A stretch of 52,982 nt of DNA from assembly GCA_032718475.1 (NCBI GenBank), contig JAUCBJ010008755.1, positions 1 through 52,982 on the forward strand, read 5' to 3'. The stretch comes from Nemertoderma westbladi (taxonomy: Eukaryota > Animalia > Xenacoelomorpha). Below the pieces are notes generated by a model. That model worked only from the letters and a program-made list of their open reading frames with translations, made no database searches and was not told where the DNA came from. Position numbers and translations under genes: made by a program. Positions 49,400 to 52,982 of the stretch are shown piece by piece (position 1 is the stretch's first letter; each line of letters begins with the position of its first letter).

Positions 49400-49920
49400 G
49401 CCTGCTTATTTCATCTATATTCATTTCTTAATCAATTTATGCTTCAGTTGGAAGCAGTGATCTCAATAAATGACTATGTCATGAATTATTAGCTGCCTGC
49501 TTATTTCATCTATATTCATTTCTTAATCAATTCATGCTTCAGTTGGAAGCAGTGATCTCAATAAATGACTATGTCATGAATTATAAGAGGAAATAGATAG
49601 GAGGTACTTGTCCAGTGTCTCATGAGTTTGTATTAATCTCATGGGCTGCCTGCTTATTTCAACTATATCCCATTCTTAATCACTGCATGCTTATGTTGGA
49701 GCAATGATCTCAATAAATGACTAGGTCATGAATTATTAGAGGGATTAGATTGGCAGCAAGCTTTGTCTTTATTTGTCATGGACGTTTCCAGATGGCATAT
49801 TATTTTTAGATTCATGCACCATGTATAAAATGATTTATCATGAAACTTTCCAGAATAGCATTTTATTTTTTTAGTCTCATGCACCATGTATAGAATGATT
49901 TATCATGAAACTTTCCAGAT
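49400..49920. repeat. Short local duplications
   Basis: A ~90-bp unit gcctgcttatttca...gtcatgaattat at about 49400, 49495 and 49648, and tcatgcaccatgtata...gaaactttccaga twice at about 49812 and 49877. Confidence 0.85.
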
Positions 49921-50156
49921 TGCAATATGATTATAATATACTACTACTACCACTAGTAGGTCAAGCGAGCTTGGACAGGACATGAATATATATATATATA
50001 TATATAAAAGTAAACATTGATAGATACTTGTTCTCTACCATGTGAATCTATGTATGTACACCATAAACTTCAATAATAATTTAATACATAAAAATCACAA
50101 CAAATGGGAGAAAATATATAAAATGATTCAGTTTACTACTAGATTTCTGGTTTGTA

Positions 50157-52982
50157 CTAGAGTTGATCTGTGTCTTCAAATATGGTTCGCCCAACACCAG
50201 TTTGATTAGAGCCAAGGCGTCCTAGTCGTTCCAACTGTAAATTCCAACTACTCGGTTGAATGGCATATTCCTGTGCAACTTTTAGTGCTGTGAGTAGTAC
50301 TTCCTCTGGCAGTGTATGATAACTAGTTCCTCTATGTATATATCTTTCAACTTGCAGCCGCATGTCTTTTAGATCATCTTCACTCGCATCCACTGGGAAA
50401 CCGTGTATAAATGCCAGAGGTACCCATGGCATAAATTGGGTGTTTCGTGTAAAAATGCTTCCATCGCCTCGGTTATGTTCTCGTAGTCTTGTAATAAGGT
50501 GCCTTTTAGTTTGACCTACATATGACACGTTTGGGAATTTTGTTGATATAAGTATATAGACAACGCCCGCAATATATTCAGGAATTTCCATACTTCGGAA
50601 GGTATAGGGAAAGTCAGTATTTGGTTGAAAGTTTTGAAAGGCAACCCCAGTAATAGCCGCAAGACGTGAGGTGATATATGCCGCCCACTTGTCCTCCTTA
50701 TGAAGCAGTAGTCTTATCGTTGACAAAGTCTGTAGTTTTATGCCAACAAAGTAAAGTGTAGTAAGTAGTAATACACGGGAGAGTAATACATTTAGCTGTG
50801 ATCGCTCCCATAGGCGGAGGTGTTTCCTTGCTGTTTCAATATTATTTACTTCTGTAGCCATAAGTGGACATTGATCTCCCATTATTCGATGGATTGTATT
50901 TGCTTTATAATACCGGAGAGGAAATTGAAATCGGTGACCTTTCATAAGACCTGCGCCCACTATTTCATCTGCAGTGTACCGCCTCCTTACCTCAAATATA
51001 GGCCAATCTTCTGAATCCTGAATAGTAAGGTCACGCTCTCCTGGAGGAACGAGGCGAAGAGTAATGGTAGCATCTTCACTCTGTGGATTTTCGGGTAGGA
51101 CCACAACAATACCAAGCTGACCTTGTGAAAACTTTACATTCCCAACACTTTTATTATATGTAAGACGAAGAACTGCTCCAACAAATACAAGTAATTCCTC
51201 AGGCTCCAAGCTGATACGATCGATCCGAGTTTTGGAATAACCTGTAGCTGGCTTCCATCGCAAGTTATCATAAACTTCATCTACTGCTGTCATATGCTGA
51301 ACAACAATGCCAGGTTCACGAACCTTCTCCTCAAGAAAGTGTTTTATTACTTCTTGTTCTCCTAATTTAGTTGAAACAACACGCATGGCATGCTCTGGTA
51401 CATCGTCCCATGTTGGTGGAAATTTGGCATTATTAGAAATGATCATGACTATATCTTCTATAACATCTGGGGGAATAATTGGGGAGCGGATCGCCTCGAG
51501 GACAAACTGTAGGTTAGGGTCTGCTGCGCATCGAACATATTCTTTCAGTAGTATTACCTTAAATGCAGTTCCTAAATGGATTGATGTCCAGAATGGTTTT
51601 CCATCAATGGGGGGTAGTTGGTATGGGTCTCCATTTGCAATTACAAGTTTACCTCCAAAAGGTTGGTCTGTGTTCATTATGTGCTTCATTACTGTATCCA
51701 AAACACCATACTGTTCTGCAGAAATTAGTCCAATCTCCTCAATAACTAAAACATCCATTCTTTGTAATAGAACCATTTTTTTAGCGTCAGAACGTTGTAG
51801 CGCCTTAATAGTATGTGATGCCATTGAGTCAGGTGAAAGTTTTTTCTTGGTAACCTCTAAGGGAAATAACTGGTGTAAGTGTATTCCTCCTAGTGAACGT
51901 GCCCTTTCAGATGTTAAAGATGTCAATACCACATTCAATCCACAACACATAGCATAGAGGGAAACTGCTTGCACTAGAAAGGTCTTACCTGCTCCTGGTG
52001 GGCCAACAAAGCATGGAAAACGATTGGAAAGGTGTGTTGGATCCTTGAATTCGTCAATTGTATTCTTTGCCTTGTTGAGAGCAATACCCTGCTCAATAAT
52101 GCTGGCCTCTGACTGATGAGGAACTGTTGGTAAAATAGGATCCCAGAATATTGGACTTTCAACTGTAGCTCCTACCACTTCGGTTATATTTGGTACATCA
52201 TCCATCTTGGGAGCCATGGCACCAATAAGATTCTTTGCCAATGTTGTACGACGCTCCATCTCAATAATGTTAATAACCTCCTCGGCCTTCTCCTTTATGG
52301 CTATTTCGGAAACATCTGGGAGATCACTGGTATATTCCTCACCTCCACCCAGTACAGAATCGATGGCTTCTTTGGACAGTTTGACGTATTCTTGGAATTG
52401 TCTTTTACGGAGAGGGAGATGGATGCAGAGCTCATCAAGATATCGCCTAAGAACTGCTGTAATTTCCTCTTGAACTATATTATTTGAGTCTCGAATAAGT
52501 CCTACACGTTGGAACGGTATACGGAAACCTGTGGTATTATCGAATATATCAAATTCTGTCTCATAAGTACCTAATGCTAGTATAATATGGTATATGAATT
52601 TAATTCGTTCCCTTGGATGTACATCTTTCACTACTGGTATAACTTCACCACTTTCACTTTCATCTACAAATATTTTAGTTGTTGGCCGTTCTTCTGCATT
52701 GGCTTCTGTGTCCAGGCGAATGAGGAGGCAATGAAGGAAATCTAAACTACATTGAATAATAACTGGTTCCTGTATTTCTCCAAGTGTGTTAACATAAGCT
52801 CTAAGTTTTTCGATTCCAGATCGTCTCAATTTAATATTGTTACCACAGCCATCATAAAGAGGTATTGTCAAAGGATCGCAAAGAAATATATCACTGTTTC
52901 CACTGAACCTTCCTTTATTAGGAACTACAATCTCATGATATAGAGCAAGTTTCTTTATAGCGAGCAACTCTGGTGGACGGAT
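50157..52982 (-). CDS. PIF1-family (SF1B) DNA helicase fused to a C-terminal GIY-YIG endonuclease; 5'-partial
   Basis: Helicase motifs: GPPGAGKT, LVIEEIGLIS, PFGGKLVIANGDPYQLPPI, LKEYVR, QFPLRYYKANTIHRIMG, QLNVLLSRV. Nuclease motifs: GVVYILIS...SYVGQT...RLREHN...W...QVE. The frame is open to the window edge (ATC CGT CCA CCA GAG TTG), so the true start lies outside. Confidence 0.9.
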   Translation of the reverse strand: MRPPELLAIKKLALYHEIVVPNKGRFSGNSDIFLCDPLTIPLYDGCGNNIKLRRSGIEKLRAYVNTLGEIQEPVIIQCSLDFLHCLLIRLDTEANAEERPTTKIFVDESESGEVIPVVKDVHPRERIKFIYHIILALGTYETEFDIFDNTTGFRIPFQRVGLIRDSNNIVQEEITAVLRRYLDELCIHLPLRKRQFQEYVKLSKEAIDSVLGGGEEYTSDLPDVSEIAIKEKAEEVINIIEMERRTTLAKNLIGAMAPKMDDVPNITEVVGATVESPIFWDPILPTVPHQSEASIIEQGIALNKAKNTIDEFKDPTHLSNRFPCFVGPPGAGKTFLVQAVSLYAMCCGLNVVLTSLTSERARSLGGIHLHQLFPLEVTKKKLSPDSMASHTIKALQRSDAKKMVLLQRMDVLVIEEIGLISAEQYGVLDTVMKHIMNTDQPFGGKLVIANGDPYQLPPIDGKPFWTSIHLGTAFKVILLKEYVRCAADPNLQFVLEAIRSPIIPPDVIEDIVMIISNNAKFPPTWDDVPEHAMRVVSTKLGEQEVIKHFLEEKVREPGIVVQHMTAVDEVYDNLRWKPATGYSKTRIDRISLEPEELLVFVGAVLRLTYNKSVGNVKFSQGQLGIVVVLPENPQSEDATITLRLVPPGERDLTIQDSEDWPIFEVRRRYTADEIVGAGLMKGHRFQFPLRYYKANTIHRIMGDQCPLMATEVNNIETARKHLRLWERSQLNVLLSRVLLLTTLYFVGIKLQTLSTIRLLLHKEDKWAAYITSRLAAITGVAFQNFQPNTDFPYTFRSMEIPEYIAGVVYILISTKFPNVSYVGQTKRHLITRLREHNRGDGSIFTRNTQFMPWVPLAFIHGFPVDASEDDLKDMRLQVERYIHRGTSYHTLPEEVLLTALKVAQEYAIQPSSWNLQLERLGRLGSNQTGVGRTIFEDTDQL

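Larger units (their letters stand above)
47468..52982 (-). mobile_element. Module C: 3' part of a putative autonomous Helitron-like element, running off the window
   Basis: Contains the PIF1-GIY-YIG ORF. The minus strand ends with hairpin GTGGAGTAT-gcgt-ATACTCCAC, then 5 nt, then CTGG, at the shared junction motif. Confidence 0.6.

Overview
AT-rich eukaryotic DNA, probably from an invertebrate animal, made up almost entirely of repeats and mobile elements. Left (1-21 kb): a minus-strand, probably decaying innate-immunity/cell-death locus. It encodes a ROCO protein (Roc GTPase + COR) with an Apaf-1-like N-terminal remnant and two C-terminal CARD-like domains separated by a 1-nt frameshift. It is flanked by three minisatellites (49, 30 and 35 bp), and the 30-bp array sits between splice signals and reads as about 128 Tyr-x-Asn motifs. 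Middle (22.6-35.2 kb): a frameshifted BEL/Pao LTR element that ends abruptly at an intact-looking Gypsy element (227-bp LTRs, single gag-pol ORF, no target-site duplication). Right (36-53 kb): the most unusual part, a head-to-tail array of modules in the order D-A-B-B'-A'-C. All five junctions fall in the same motif, CCATC[C/T]AG, with hairpins nearby. Module C carries a 5'-truncated ORF fusing a PIF1-family helicase to a C-terminal GIY-YIG nuclease. My inference is a Helitron-like, possibly site-specific element family with a GIY-YIG domain, plus its non-autonomous partners stacked in tandem. All alignments and identities were judged by eye; no searches were run.
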